From an uncultured Thermoplasmata archaeon (GTDB lineage Archaea > Thermoplasmatota > Poseidoniia > MGIII > CG-Epi1): a stretch of DNA of 56,240 nucleotides. The first letter of the stretch is position 1. Every line of letters begins with the position of its first letter. The position numbers were made by a program, and so were the translations under genes. Below the pieces are notes generated by a model. The model searched no databases. It was not told where the DNA came from and saw only the letters and a program-made list of their open reading frames with translations. Shown piece after piece: positions 27,742-37,449 of this stretch. The stretch lies in assembly GCA_963996465.1 (NCBI GenBank), contig CAXEHI010000038.1, positions 1 through 56,240 on the forward strand, given 5' to 3'.

Positions 27742-29754
27742 ATGGAAAGGATATTCATAGGGGTGGCATGGCCATATGCAAACGGGCCAATGCACTTAGG
27801 ACATTTGGCCGGAGTTTACCTACCAGCTGATATCTTTTCCAGGTTTCATAGATTAAACGGTAATGAAGTTCTAATGGTTTCTGGTAGCGATATGCACGGA
27901 ACTCCCATAACTGTTACCGCACAGCAACAAAACAAAACTCCAGAAGAAGTCGCTTTACATTATCATCAAGTTCATTCTGAAACTCTTAAACAAATGGGCA
28001 TCGAATTTGATAATTATACCAATACTCACACACCAGAACACGCAGACGTCGTTAGAGAATTATTAGGTATTTTAGAACAAAACGATTACATCACTACAAA
28101 AACAACAGAAGAACCATACGATCCAAAGTCTAAGCATTTTTTACCAGATCGATACGTTGAAGGAACTTGCCCCCACTGTCAATATGAATCAGCCAGAGGA
28201 GATCAATGCGATGACTGTGGCAGAACTTTAGATGCTAAAGATTTGATAAATCCACATCCTAAATTAAATCCAGACACAGAATTAGAATTTCGTGAAACAG
28301 AGCATTTGTTTTTCAAACTATCCAATTTCAGAGATGAATTATTGGCATGGGTCTCGAAAGATAAAGAGCATTGGAGGGACAATGTAGGTAAATTCACTCA
28401 TAATTGGTTACAAGATGGTTTGATTGATAGGGCCATTACTAGAGATTTAGATTGGGGCATTGAAATTGATAAAGAAGGCTACGAAAACAAACGTATCTAT
28501 GTTTGGTTCGAGGCTGTTATGGGATATTATTCAGCCTCTCGTTCTTGGGCTAAATGGAATGGCGAACCAGACGCATGGAAAAAATGGTGGGAAGATGATG
28601 ATGCAAGACATTACTATTTCTTAGCTAAAGACAATATTCCGTTTCACACAATAATATGGCCTGCAATCTTAATGGGTTGTAATTTACATTTACCTTATGA
28701 CGTTCCTGCCAATGAATATCTTCTTTTAGATTTTACTCAGTTTTCAAAATCTAGAAATCATGCAGTATGGGCTCCAGATTATCTAAATACATATGATTCT
28801 GAAGCACTCCGTTACGTTCTTTCAGCCGTAATGCCAGAAAATAGAGATTCTAATTTTTCTTGGGAGGACTACGTTGCTCGGATAAACAACGAACTGATAG
28901 GAAATCTAGGAAATTTTATTCATAGAACAATATCATTCGCACAGAAAAACTTTCCAAAGGGTCTACATGCCGATGAGTGCAGTGCACCCGAATTACGAGA
29001 CAAAGTCGCTCTTTCATATTCACAAATTACAACCTCACTTTCTGCATGTAAATTCAAAGAATCATTACAAACACTAATGGAGCTTTCTCAAACAGGAAAC
29101 ATAGCTATGAATGAAATGGCGCCATGGAAATCAATAAAAGAAGATAAGAAAGCCTGTGAAGCAGATCTAGTTACACTGTTGAACGTTTGCAGAGCTTTAT
29201 CAATTATAATGAACCCATTCCTTCCTAAATCTTCACAAAAGGTTTGGGATTATTTGGGGCTTGAAGGTACCGTTGAAGAGGCGGGCTGGGGGGCTGTTGC
29301 ACAAGGGCAAACAGATTTCAAGCTGAACGAACCATTACCCTTGTTCCAGAAATTAAATTTAGAAGAAATATTGGAGAGAGAAATGCCAAACGAAGAAGAA
29401 ACACTGCCAGACTTAAAACCAGAAATCACATTCGAGGATTTCCAAAAGATGGATATTAGAATCGGAACTGTGGTCGGAATAGAAAATCACCCCAATGCTG
29501 ATAAACTCTATCTTCTCGACGTCGACTTCGGTGGACCCAAACGTCGTATCGTGACAGGGTTGAAAGAAGAATACAATGACGAAGAATTGATGGGCAAACA
29601 GATAGCGGTTATCGTTAATCTAGCTCCCGCAAAATTCCGAGGCGAAGTGTCTGAAGGTATGCTCTTAGCTGCTGAGGATGAACACGTTTCAACTGCCAAT
29701 GTTTCTCTTCTTCATCCAGACAAAGAAGTTACCGACGGAAGTTCCGTTCACTAA
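27742..29754 (+). CDS. metG: Methionine--tRNA ligase with C-terminal tRNA-binding (Trbp111/EMAPII-like) domain
   Basis: MERIFIGVAWPYANGPMHLGHLAG (HIGH), Zn knuckle CPHC...CDDCG, KFSKS, and C-terminal DIRIGTVVGIENHPNADKLYLLDVDFGG. The tracked start 27682 adds an implausible 20-aa extension. Confidence 0.9.
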   Translation: MERIFIGVAWPYANGPMHLGHLAGVYLPADIFSRFHRLNGNEVLMVSGSDMHGTPITVTAQQQNKTPEEVALHYHQVHSETLKQMGIEFDNYTNTHTPEHADVVRELLGILEQNDYITTKTTEEPYDPKSKHFLPDRYVEGTCPHCQYESARGDQCDDCGRTLDAKDLINPHPKLNPDTELEFRETEHLFFKLSNFRDELLAWVSKDKEHWRDNVGKFTHNWLQDGLIDRAITRDLDWGIEIDKEGYENKRIYVWFEAVMGYYSASRSWAKWNGEPDAWKKWWEDDDARHYYFLAKDNIPFHTIIWPAILMGCNLHLPYDVPANEYLLLDFTQFSKSRNHAVWAPDYLNTYDSEALRYVLSAVMPENRDSNFSWEDYVARINNELIGNLGNFIHRTISFAQKNFPKGLHADECSAPELRDKVALSYSQITTSLSACKFKESLQTLMELSQTGNIAMNEMAPWKSIKEDKKACEADLVTLLNVCRALSIIMNPFLPKSSQKVWDYLGLEGTVEEAGWGAVAQGQTDFKLNEPLPLFQKLNLEEILEREMPNEEETLPDLKPEITFEDFQKMDIRIGTVVGIENHPNADKLYLLDVDFGGPKRRIVTGLKEEYNDEELMGKQIAVIVNLAPAKFRGEVSEGMLLAAEDEHVSTANVSLLHPDKEVTDGSSVH

Positions 29755-29760
29755 AATCAA

Positions 29761-29837
29761 GGGCCTGTAGCCTAGCCTGGAAGGGCGTCTGGCTTCTAAC
29801 CAGAAGATCCAGGGTTCGAATCCCTGCAGGCCCGCCA
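29761..29837 (+). tRNA. tRNA-Arg (anticodon UCU), CCA encoded
   Basis: Manual cloverleaf: acceptor GGGCCTG/CAGGCCC, D stem GCCT/GGGC, anticodon stem TCTGG/CCAGA with loop CTTCTAA, T arm CAGGG-TTCGAAT-CCCTG, discriminator G, then CCA. Confidence 0.85.
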
Positions 29838-29868
29838 TTTTATTATAGAAGACTCTTTGAAGAGTATT

Positions 29869-30066
29869 ATGGAACCAACTCTTAGATTCGTGTTAGGTCT
29901 ATCTGTATTGATGTATGTGGTTTATTGTTGGACCCATCAAAAATTTTGGAGTCGAAAGCATTTCGATTGGAAACCTAAAGAATATTGGCCAGAGGTATTC
30001 TGGCTCAACATCATAATTGGACTATTATCGGCATTTACACTTTTTCTTGCTCCATTCTTATTTTAA
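29869..30066 (+). CDS. Small 2-TM membrane protein, unknown function
   Basis: ORF with two hydrophobic segments (FVLGLSVLMYVVYCW, LNIIIGLLSAFTLFLAPFLF). ATG at 29869 preferred over TTG at 29857. No homology recognised. Confidence 0.3.
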   Translation: MEPTLRFVLGLSVLMYVVYCWTHQKFWSRKHFDWKPKEYWPEVFWLNIIIGLLSAFTLFLAPFLF

Positions 30067-30070
30067 GTAA

Positions 30071-31024
30071 TTAGAAGTAAAGAGATTTTTCAATATTTCC
30101 ACCCGTTAAAATCACTCCAACTCTTTCAATTTCTTCCAATTCTTTGAATTCTGAACTCAAGACAGCAGCTACAGCAGTTGCACAACTAGGCTCAATCATC
30201 ATCCCCATCTCTTCTACAATTATTTTCATTGAATCTATCACTTCGTCATCAGTAACTCTGTATATCTCTTCAAGATGATCTTTCAGTATGTCCCAGGTTA
30301 ATTCACCAAGACTTGTTAACAATCCATCACATATCGTATCTGGATTATTTTGAGGAACAATTCTCCCTTCTTTCAAAGAATGATATGCATCATCAGCACC
30401 TATCGGTTCAGCTCCAAATAATTTCACATTCGGTAACAAATTCCTAGCAGAAATACAGGTGCCCGACATCAATCCACCACCACCAATCGGTGCAACAATT
30501 GCATCCAACGTATCCAATTCTTCAATCATTTCCAAAGCAGCCGTACCCTGTCCAGCAATTACATCAGGATCATTAAATGGATGAACAAGATGACTTTTTG
30601 TTTCTTCTTGAACATTACTCAATGTAGTATTTCTAGATTCTATTGTTGGTTCACATAGAATAACATTGGCACCATATCCTTTCACCGCTTCTAATTTTAC
30701 TTTGGTAACATTATTTGGCATAACAATATAGGCTGGAATTCCTCTTTTCTTAGCGGCAAAAGCAACAGCTTGTGCATGATTTCCACTACTATGTGTACAA
30801 ACTCCATTTCGTGCCATTTCTTCACTTAATTTTGATATGGCATTCCATCCACCTCTCAGTTTGAAAGCACCAATTTTCTGAAAATTTTCACATTTAAAAA
30901 ATAATTTTCTTCCAGCCAAATCATCCAAAGTTTTACAGGTTCGAATCGGAGTTCCATTACCCACCCCCTCTATCCTTTCAGCGGCCGCTCGAATGTCTTC
31001 TATTGAAGCTGCATATTTTTTCAT
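30071..31024 (-). CDS. PLP-dependent serine/threonine dehydratase (threonine ammonia-lyase / serine racemase family, no ACT domain)
   Basis: 317 aa with FKCENFQKIGAFKLRGG (PLP Lys), SSGNHAQAVA and GGGGLMSG. Confidence 0.8.
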   Translation of the reverse strand: MKKYAASIEDIRAAAERIEGVGNGTPIRTCKTLDDLAGRKLFFKCENFQKIGAFKLRGGWNAISKLSEEMARNGVCTHSSGNHAQAVAFAAKKRGIPAYIVMPNNVTKVKLEAVKGYGANVILCEPTIESRNTTLSNVQEETKSHLVHPFNDPDVIAGQGTAALEMIEELDTLDAIVAPIGGGGLMSGTCISARNLLPNVKLFGAEPIGADDAYHSLKEGRIVPQNNPDTICDGLLTSLGELTWDILKDHLEEIYRVTDDEVIDSMKIIVEEMGMMIEPSCATAVAAVLSSEFKELEEIERVGVILTGGNIEKSLYF

Positions 31025-31030
31025 TAAAAT

Positions 31031-31846
31031 CTAGCGAAGAAATTCCTTTCCGATAGCATAGAATGCATTGCCCACTAACCATTGCCCACCATCTGCAATG
31101 ATCATATCACCTGTTATCACATCTGCTGCAGGAGAACATAGGTAGAGAACTTGTTGAGCCATTTTTTCAGGTTCAGTTATTCCTCCTATCGGTATATTGG
31201 ATTCCATTTTTTCAACTATCGCTTTGTCAAGTAGTAAATTCTGTTTGACACTATCTGTTAGAACAATACCCGGACACATAGCATTTACACGAATTTTGTA
31301 TTTTGACCATTCTAAGGCCAACGTTCTAGTTAGATTCAGCACTCCTGCTTTAGCAGCTCCAGAATGTCCAACATAAGGTGCCGCATTCCAAGCATAATTT
31401 GCAATTATATTTACTACAGAACCTCCATTCTTTTTCATCAGAGGCAAGCAAGCTTTTGAAACTCTAAATGTACCATCAAGAACAATATCAACTACTGCCC
31501 TCCATGCATTTTCACTAAGTTCTTCTGTCGGACAGAAAAAATTACCAGCCGCATTGTTTACCAATACATCGATATGCCCCCATTCATCAGCTAGAAACTT
31601 TGATACACTTTCAACACTTTCAAAATCTCGCACATCCATAACTTTCCATAAAAGAGATTTTCCAGTCATCTCTTTCATTTTTTCAGAAGCTACCTTTAAT
31701 TTTTCTTCCTTACGGGATGCAATGAAAACTTCAGCCCCATGCTCTACGAACGCCCTTGCAAAGCCGAATCCCATTCCGGTTGCACCTCCCGTTATGAAGA
31801 CTTTTTTCCCTTCAAATAAATTATCTTTGAATATACTTTCACTCAT
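31031..31846 (-). CDS. SDR oxidoreductase, 2,4-dienoyl-CoA reductase (DECR/PECR)-like
   Basis: 271 aa with ITGGATGMGFG, NNAAGNFFCPTEELSENAWRAVVDIVLDGTF and SGAAKAGV, the DECR-type pattern. Confidence 0.7.
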   Translation of the reverse strand: MSESIFKDNLFEGKKVFITGGATGMGFGFARAFVEHGAEVFIASRKEEKLKVASEKMKEMTGKSLLWKVMDVRDFESVESVSKFLADEWGHIDVLVNNAAGNFFCPTEELSENAWRAVVDIVLDGTFRVSKACLPLMKKNGGSVVNIIANYAWNAAPYVGHSGAAKAGVLNLTRTLALEWSKYKIRVNAMCPGIVLTDSVKQNLLLDKAIVEKMESNIPIGGITEPEKMAQQVLYLCSPAADVITGDMIIADGGQWLVGNAFYAIGKEFLR

Positions 31847-32874
31847 GTAAGGGCCTCTTCATAGAATTCTATTATTCTATTTTCATATTCATCTGAATGC
31901 GATAATGGAGCCTCTACATGCTCTAAGTCTGGTATAATCCAAGAGTCCATATCTACATTCTCTTTTTCCGCTCTATCTATCATCATTTGACTATGGTGCA
32001 CTCCAACTCTTTCATCTCCTGTACCATGTATAACAAACATCGGTCTTCCATTTGCTGCACTAACTGCATCAAGCGGAGGCATAGACAATAACTCATCTCC
32101 TGTTAGAATTTCAGCCATGAATATTGCACCCTTAGAAAGCCAGCTAGGGAATCCATTAAGTTCAAGCTCTTCTTCAATAATCATATTCAAATCTGCATAA
32201 GGAGATTCCATAATCACTGCTGGAAATCTCTCGTCTGCCATAAAGGCAGCTGCAACATAACCTCCTCCCATCGACATTCCATAGAGTCCAATTTCAGAGT
32301 GCGGCGTGTCTTTTGTCTCATTAACCCATTCCATTACGGCTATAATGTCACGATGTTCCCTTATGCCCAACGACAACATACCATCTTCTTGTGTACTATG
32401 TCCATGATCTCTATAATCAAACATTACAACATTGTAATCATTTCTATTAAGCATACCAGCTACCAATAACAAAGTATCTGCAGCTTTCGATGAGCGTAAG
32501 CCGTGACACATAATAATAGTCGGTTTTTCTTCATCCCCTGAAATCCACCATGCAGATAATTCAATCCCTTCATCTCCTCCAGGTATCGTTATATTTTCAT
32601 AATTTGGCATAAGGTATGATGTAACATTGTAACCTTCATGTTTATCCCATTTTATTTCAAAATTAGCAGGCGTATTTCCTGCTTGCCCTCCATCTCCTAT
32701 CGATCCCTTTGCCAGTTGTAAATATATGAAATATCCAATTCCTAAATAAGATGTAAGAAGAATAGTTGTTACAGCAAATATTGCATACGCAACTTTCTTT
32801 CGATTTTCATGCAATTTTTTGTAAACTTTATGCTCCTTTACTCTATTCGCAGCTCTTTCAATATTCTTCTTCAC
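31843..32874 (-). CDS. Membrane-anchored alpha/beta-hydrolase (esterase/lipase-like)
   Basis: 343 aa with N-terminal TM VAYAIFAVTTILLTSYLGIGYFIYL, HG oxyanion motif (MCHGLRS), nucleophile elbow GMSMGG, and distal D and H. Confidence 0.65.
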   Translation of the reverse strand: MKKNIERAANRVKEHKVYKKLHENRKKVAYAIFAVTTILLTSYLGIGYFIYLQLAKGSIGDGGQAGNTPANFEIKWDKHEGYNVTSYLMPNYENITIPGGDEGIELSAWWISGDEEKPTIIMCHGLRSSKAADTLLLVAGMLNRNDYNVVMFDYRDHGHSTQEDGMLSLGIREHRDIIAVMEWVNETKDTPHSEIGLYGMSMGGGYVAAAFMADERFPAVIMESPYADLNMIIEEELELNGFPSWLSKGAIFMAEILTGDELLSMPPLDAVSAANGRPMFVIHGTGDERVGVHHSQMMIDRAEKENVDMDSWIIPDLEHVEAPLSHSDEYENRIIEFYEEALT

Positions 32875-33323
32875 CCTTCCCCCTCCATTGACATTAATTT
32901 ATTTCTAATTTCTTCATCAATTTTCATTTTACTTCCATCCCTATAATTTACGATAACTATTACACTTTCCCCATCAGAAACAATCGCACCTCCATTCTTT
33001 TCACTAGTCATTAGGTATTCTATTGTAAACGAACTATTCCCAATACCACCCCTCTTAACTCGAGCCGAAGCATACACTTTATCTGGATATTTCAAAGGAA
33101 TTCTATAATTTATTTTAAAATTGGCAAGAATAGGTCCAAAACCATCCTTCTTCTTAATTTCATCCATTTGTAATCCTTCCAAGCCCAATGCCTTTTTCGC
33201 TATTTCAACTCTAGCAGTTTCAAACCATTTCAGATAAACAATATTATTGACATGACCAAAATCATCCATATCTCCCCATAAAACAGGTATTTCGATTGTT
33301 ATTGGCCAGCCTTCATTCGGCAT
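32871..33323 (-). CDS. Acyl-CoA thioesterase, hotdog fold (4HBT/YbgC-like)
   Basis: 150 aa with VLWGDMDDFGHVNNIVYLKWFETAR, the typical 4HBT N-terminal motif. Confidence 0.7.
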   Translation of the reverse strand: MPNEGWPITIEIPVLWGDMDDFGHVNNIVYLKWFETARVEIAKKALGLEGLQMDEIKKKDGFGPILANFKINYRIPLKYPDKVYASARVKRGGIGNSSFTIEYLMTSEKNGGAIVSDGESVIVIVNYRDGSKMKIDEEIRNKLMSMEGEG

Positions 33324-33326
33324 ATT

Positions 33327-35102
33327 TTAGAAATCCTCCGAATCAATAGCCATTGTCGTTTTCGAACCAGATGCTATTGCTACAGCATGGCTTATTGTTT
33401 GTGAGAACATTCTTTCAAAGAAGAATCTGGCTGAGATTATCTTATTTCTATAAAACACATCCTCATCTTTTTTCGAGAGTGCAATTTTTGCCATTTTTGC
33501 CCATAGGTAACCCATAGTCACGTATCCAAATTGTTGCAGATAATCATATGCCCCAGCTCCAATTTCATAAGGATTTCCTAATCCTTTTTGCGCCAAATAT
33601 AATGTAGTTTTTTGCAACCCTTTAACACCCTTAGAAAAAGGCTCAATGAATTCTTTCATCTCTTCATCGTTTTTATTTTCATCTATAAATTCAAGTATGG
33701 GGTGGAAAAATCTTCTCAAAAATCTCCCAGTATGCATCGGCATTTTTCTTCCAGCAAGATCCATTGCTTGAATTCCATTTGTACCTTCCCAAATCGTTCC
33801 GATTCGTGCATCTCTTATCAATTGCTCCATACCATGTTCTTGAATGTAGCCATGCCCTCCATACACGTGTATTCCAATATTACAAATTTCAGAACCTGCA
33901 TCTGTCAGAAAAGCCTTCACAATAGGTGTTAACATTTCCAACAATTCGCCCGCTTCTTTTCGCTTTTTCGCATCCGGATGCTTAAGGGACATATCATGAA
34001 CTTTAGCAGCCCAAAGAACCATAGCACGCCCCCCTTCAACTAAACATCTCATTCTCATCAACATCCTTCTAACATCTGGATGAACAATTATCGGATCTGC
34101 TTCTTCGTCGGGATTTTTTGCACCCTTCAAATCTCGTCCCTGTATCCTTTCTTTAGCATATAATAATGCATTTTGATATGATATCTCCCCTAATCCAATA
34201 CCTGTAAGTCCAACCGCTATTCTTTCACGATTCATCATCGTAAACATATATTCTAATCCTTTATTCGGCTCACCAACTATCCATCCAGTAGCACCATCAT
34301 AATTCATTACACAAGTTGCAGAACCCTTCACTCCCATTTTATGCTCTATTGAACCGCAAGACAACGAATTTCTTTCTCCATTCGTTCCATCCTCCTTAGG
34401 AATAAATTTAGGAACCAAAATCATAGAAATACCCCTAGTTCCTTTAGGTGCGCCCGGTAATTTTGCTAATACAAGATGGATAATATTGTCTGTAAGATCA
34501 TGCTCTCCTGATGATATGAACATCTTTGTGCCTGTCACTTTGTATGTTCCATCTTTAATCGGTTCTGCTCGTGTTTTTATTATTCCTAAATCCGTACCAC
34601 AATGAGGCTCCGTCAAACACATCGTTCCACCCCATTCTCCAGATGCAAGTTTTGGTAAGTATAACTCTTTCATCTCTTCTGAACCATGACTCATCACAGT
34701 ATCGTAAGCTGCACGAGCCAATGTGAAATAAATCGCTAAAGATAGATTAGTTGAACAGGCCATCTCATTTACGGCCATTTCCAATACTTGAGGTAACCCC
34801 TGTCCTCCGTGCTCTATTTCACAAGATAGACTGGCCTGACCACTCTCACATGTCTGTCTATATACTTCCTTGAAACCAGAAGGCGTTGTAACTTTTCCAT
34901 TGTCAAATTTACATCCTTCTTGATCTCCAATTTTATTGAGCGGTAACCAACTTCGAATAGCACCCTCACCCAATTCTTCTAGTATCATTTCCATCATGTC
35001 TATTGATGCTTCTTCATATCCTGGAAAAGACGTCATCTCATTTACATCAAGTAGTTCATCCAGAACAAATTTCATATCTTTTAGAGGTGGTTTATATTCC
35101 AT
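33327..35102 (-). CDS. Acyl-CoA dehydrogenase (long form with C-terminal extension)
   Basis: 591 aa with ACAD N, middle and C-terminal domain patterns (CLTEPHCGTDLG, FISSGEHD, IWEGTNGIQAMDL). Confidence 0.85.
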   Translation of the reverse strand: MEYKPPLKDMKFVLDELLDVNEMTSFPGYEEASIDMMEMILEELGEGAIRSWLPLNKIGDQEGCKFDNGKVTTPSGFKEVYRQTCESGQASLSCEIEHGGQGLPQVLEMAVNEMACSTNLSLAIYFTLARAAYDTVMSHGSEEMKELYLPKLASGEWGGTMCLTEPHCGTDLGIIKTRAEPIKDGTYKVTGTKMFISSGEHDLTDNIIHLVLAKLPGAPKGTRGISMILVPKFIPKEDGTNGERNSLSCGSIEHKMGVKGSATCVMNYDGATGWIVGEPNKGLEYMFTMMNRERIAVGLTGIGLGEISYQNALLYAKERIQGRDLKGAKNPDEEADPIIVHPDVRRMLMRMRCLVEGGRAMVLWAAKVHDMSLKHPDAKKRKEAGELLEMLTPIVKAFLTDAGSEICNIGIHVYGGHGYIQEHGMEQLIRDARIGTIWEGTNGIQAMDLAGRKMPMHTGRFLRRFFHPILEFIDENKNDEEMKEFIEPFSKGVKGLQKTTLYLAQKGLGNPYEIGAGAYDYLQQFGYVTMGYLWAKMAKIALSKKDEDVFYRNKIISARFFFERMFSQTISHAVAIASGSKTTMAIDSEDF

Positions 35103-35103
35103 A

Positions 35104-37449
35104 TTAATTCCTCAAAGGTTTCCCTTTCTCCATCATATGTTCTATCCTATCTGCAGTTCCTTCATTTTTTGCAAGAGCAATTATAGCCCCTTTCTCTAAA
35201 TCTAAAAGCGTACCATCGTCTATGGTTTCCGTAGGGTCTGTATCTCCTCCTGTTAATACTTCAGTCAGTTTTTCAGTAACGACTTTATCATATGGTGTAG
35301 CTTTTCCAGATCTTACTAAATCATCTACTGCCATGTCTAAAGCTACCTTTCCAGATTTTCCAGCAAGATTGTATTCTCCCATTTCTGGCATTTTATAGTC
35401 TTGAGCTAATTCTATGCATTTCTTCTTCGCATCAAACAATACTCGTTCTCTATTCATTGTAACATCATCATTCTTTCTAAGTATTTTCAAATCATAAGCT
35501 TCCAGAGCGGAAGTAGATACTTTTGCAGTTCCTATATTTTGAAATACTTGTGTAATACCTCCCATAGGTCCTTTTTCAGAACTATCTTTCCATCTACTTA
35601 TCATCTCTTTACAACCTCCCCAAGCAGGCACTAATCCCACTCCAACTTCTACTAATCCACTGTATGTTTCAGCATGAGCCTGCACAGCATCACAAGCGAG
35701 AAGAACTTCACAACCACCACCTATCGCTAATCCGCTAGGGGCACCTACTACTGGAAAATTGCCATGTTTCAATGACATGAATGCTTGTTGCCCACCAGCA
35801 ATGAATCTATCCATTTCAGACCAAAGACCAACATTCGCTACAAACAATGCTAGACCTATGTTTGCACCTGCTGAAAAATGCGTTCCATCATTCCCAATCA
35901 CTAATCCATCAAAATCATTTCCATTTACAATTCTAGATGCTTTTTCAATCATTTCTATTGTCATAGGATCAATAGAGTTCATCTTACTATGAAATTCAAG
36001 AAGAGCAATTCTATCTCCCATGTCCCATATACTTGCAGATGGGTTCTTCGCTAGAGGTTCATTCTTAATTTTAATATCTTCAACATTCAAATAACCTTCC
36101 GGTTTCACAATATCTGAATACTCTCCATCAACTCCGAATTGTTTACGTATTCCTTTTACACAATCATAAAATTTTCTCCCTTCTATTTCTTTTAAAATTT
36201 TAGGAACATCACATTTTTCATCAACTAACTTCTGTACAAATTCGGCAGTACCCAATTGGTCAATCATTTCGAAAGGCCCCCTTTTCCACATATATCCACT
36301 TTTCATTGCATTATCAATATCAAAAATACTATCTGATATTTCCGGTACTAATGATGCAGCATAACTCAACGTTTGAGAAAGTACTTTCCATGCATACTGT
36401 CCTCCTTTATCTTCATGATTTACTAATTTTTCGAGTCCCTTTTTCGCCGCCTTAATACTCCCCATCCTCACTCTTCTGTTAGCAGGCGCATATTCTCCCG
36501 TTTCTATATTTCGAACTTCTTTAATTTTCTTACCATTTTCTTTCTTTAATCTATAAAATCCACCCTTCCCTTTTCTTCCAGTGTAGCCTTCTTCAACCAT
36601 ATTCTCCAGCATACTTTTCATCGTCTTGGCTTCATTATGTATTTTACAGTATTCATCTTCTTTTGGTAAATTCGCTAGCATACTAATTGAAATATGGGGT
36701 ATGAGGTCTATCCCTACTACATCCATAAGTCCGAAAACTCCAGTTTTTGGAACACCTATAGGCCGTCCCATGACTGCATCAGCTTCTTCAACTGTAAGGC
36801 CAGCTTTAATCGCTTCATGAATTGCACACTGGACCCAAAAAATACCGATACGATTTCCTATGAATCCAGGAGTATCTTTACAGATAATAACTTCTTTTCC
36901 AAGTTTTATATCTGAAAATTTAGTAATAGATTCAACCGTTTTCTTATCTACTTCTTCATCGGGAACTATTTCCAAAAGTCGCATATATCTTGGTGGATTG
37001 AAAAAATGCGTAATCATAAAATTCTTCGAGAATTTTTTAGGCATACCTTCTACAAGTTTCGCTCTAGGAATCGTAGATGTATTCGAACTCACTATCGATC
37101 CTTTCTTACGATGTTCTTCGATTTTGTTGTAAACTTTTTGTTTTATTTCTAAATTCTCAATTACCGCTTCAACAATCCAATCAACATCTTTCAGTAGTTC
37201 CAAATCATCTTCCAAATTTCCAGGCGTTATTAATTTTCCATTAGTTTTATGCATTAAGGGACTAGGTCTTCCAGGAGGCACTGGTTTGAGCATCTCCTTC
37301 AAGGCATTCTCTGCTATGATATTCCTATTTTCAGCATCTTTCGGAACTATATCTAAAAGAACAACAGGAATTCCAGCATTTGCAAAATGAGCAGCTATAC
37401 CACTCCCCATAACGCCAGCCCCTATGACTGCTGTTTTTCCTATATCCAT
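35104..37449 (-). CDS. Fused 3-hydroxyacyl-CoA dehydrogenase (N-terminal) / enoyl-CoA hydratase (C-terminal)
   Basis: Start at ATG 37449 (MDIGKTAVIGAGVMGSGIA, Rossmann motif), overlapping the thiolase TAA by 1 nt. The C-terminal crotonase fold includes GAPSGLAIGGGCEVLLACD. The tracked start 37497 lies inside the thiolase gene. Confidence 0.85.
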   Translation of the reverse strand: MDIGKTAVIGAGVMGSGIAAHFANAGIPVVLLDIVPKDAENRNIIAENALKEMLKPVPPGRPSPLMHKTNGKLITPGNLEDDLELLKDVDWIVEAVIENLEIKQKVYNKIEEHRKKGSIVSSNTSTIPRAKLVEGMPKKFSKNFMITHFFNPPRYMRLLEIVPDEEVDKKTVESITKFSDIKLGKEVIICKDTPGFIGNRIGIFWVQCAIHEAIKAGLTVEEADAVMGRPIGVPKTGVFGLMDVVGIDLIPHISISMLANLPKEDEYCKIHNEAKTMKSMLENMVEEGYTGRKGKGGFYRLKKENGKKIKEVRNIETGEYAPANRRVRMGSIKAAKKGLEKLVNHEDKGGQYAWKVLSQTLSYAASLVPEISDSIFDIDNAMKSGYMWKRGPFEMIDQLGTAEFVQKLVDEKCDVPKILKEIEGRKFYDCVKGIRKQFGVDGEYSDIVKPEGYLNVEDIKIKNEPLAKNPSASIWDMGDRIALLEFHSKMNSIDPMTIEMIEKASRIVNGNDFDGLVIGNDGTHFSAGANIGLALFVANVGLWSEMDRFIAGGQQAFMSLKHGNFPVVGAPSGLAIGGGCEVLLACDAVQAHAETYSGLVEVGVGLVPAWGGCKEMISRWKDSSEKGPMGGITQVFQNIGTAKVSTSALEAYDLKILRKNDDVTMNRERVLFDAKKKCIELAQDYKMPEMGEYNLAGKSGKVALDMAVDDLVRSGKATPYDKVVTEKLTEVLTGGDTDPTETIDDGTLLDLEKGAIIALAKNEGTADRIEHMMEKGKPLRN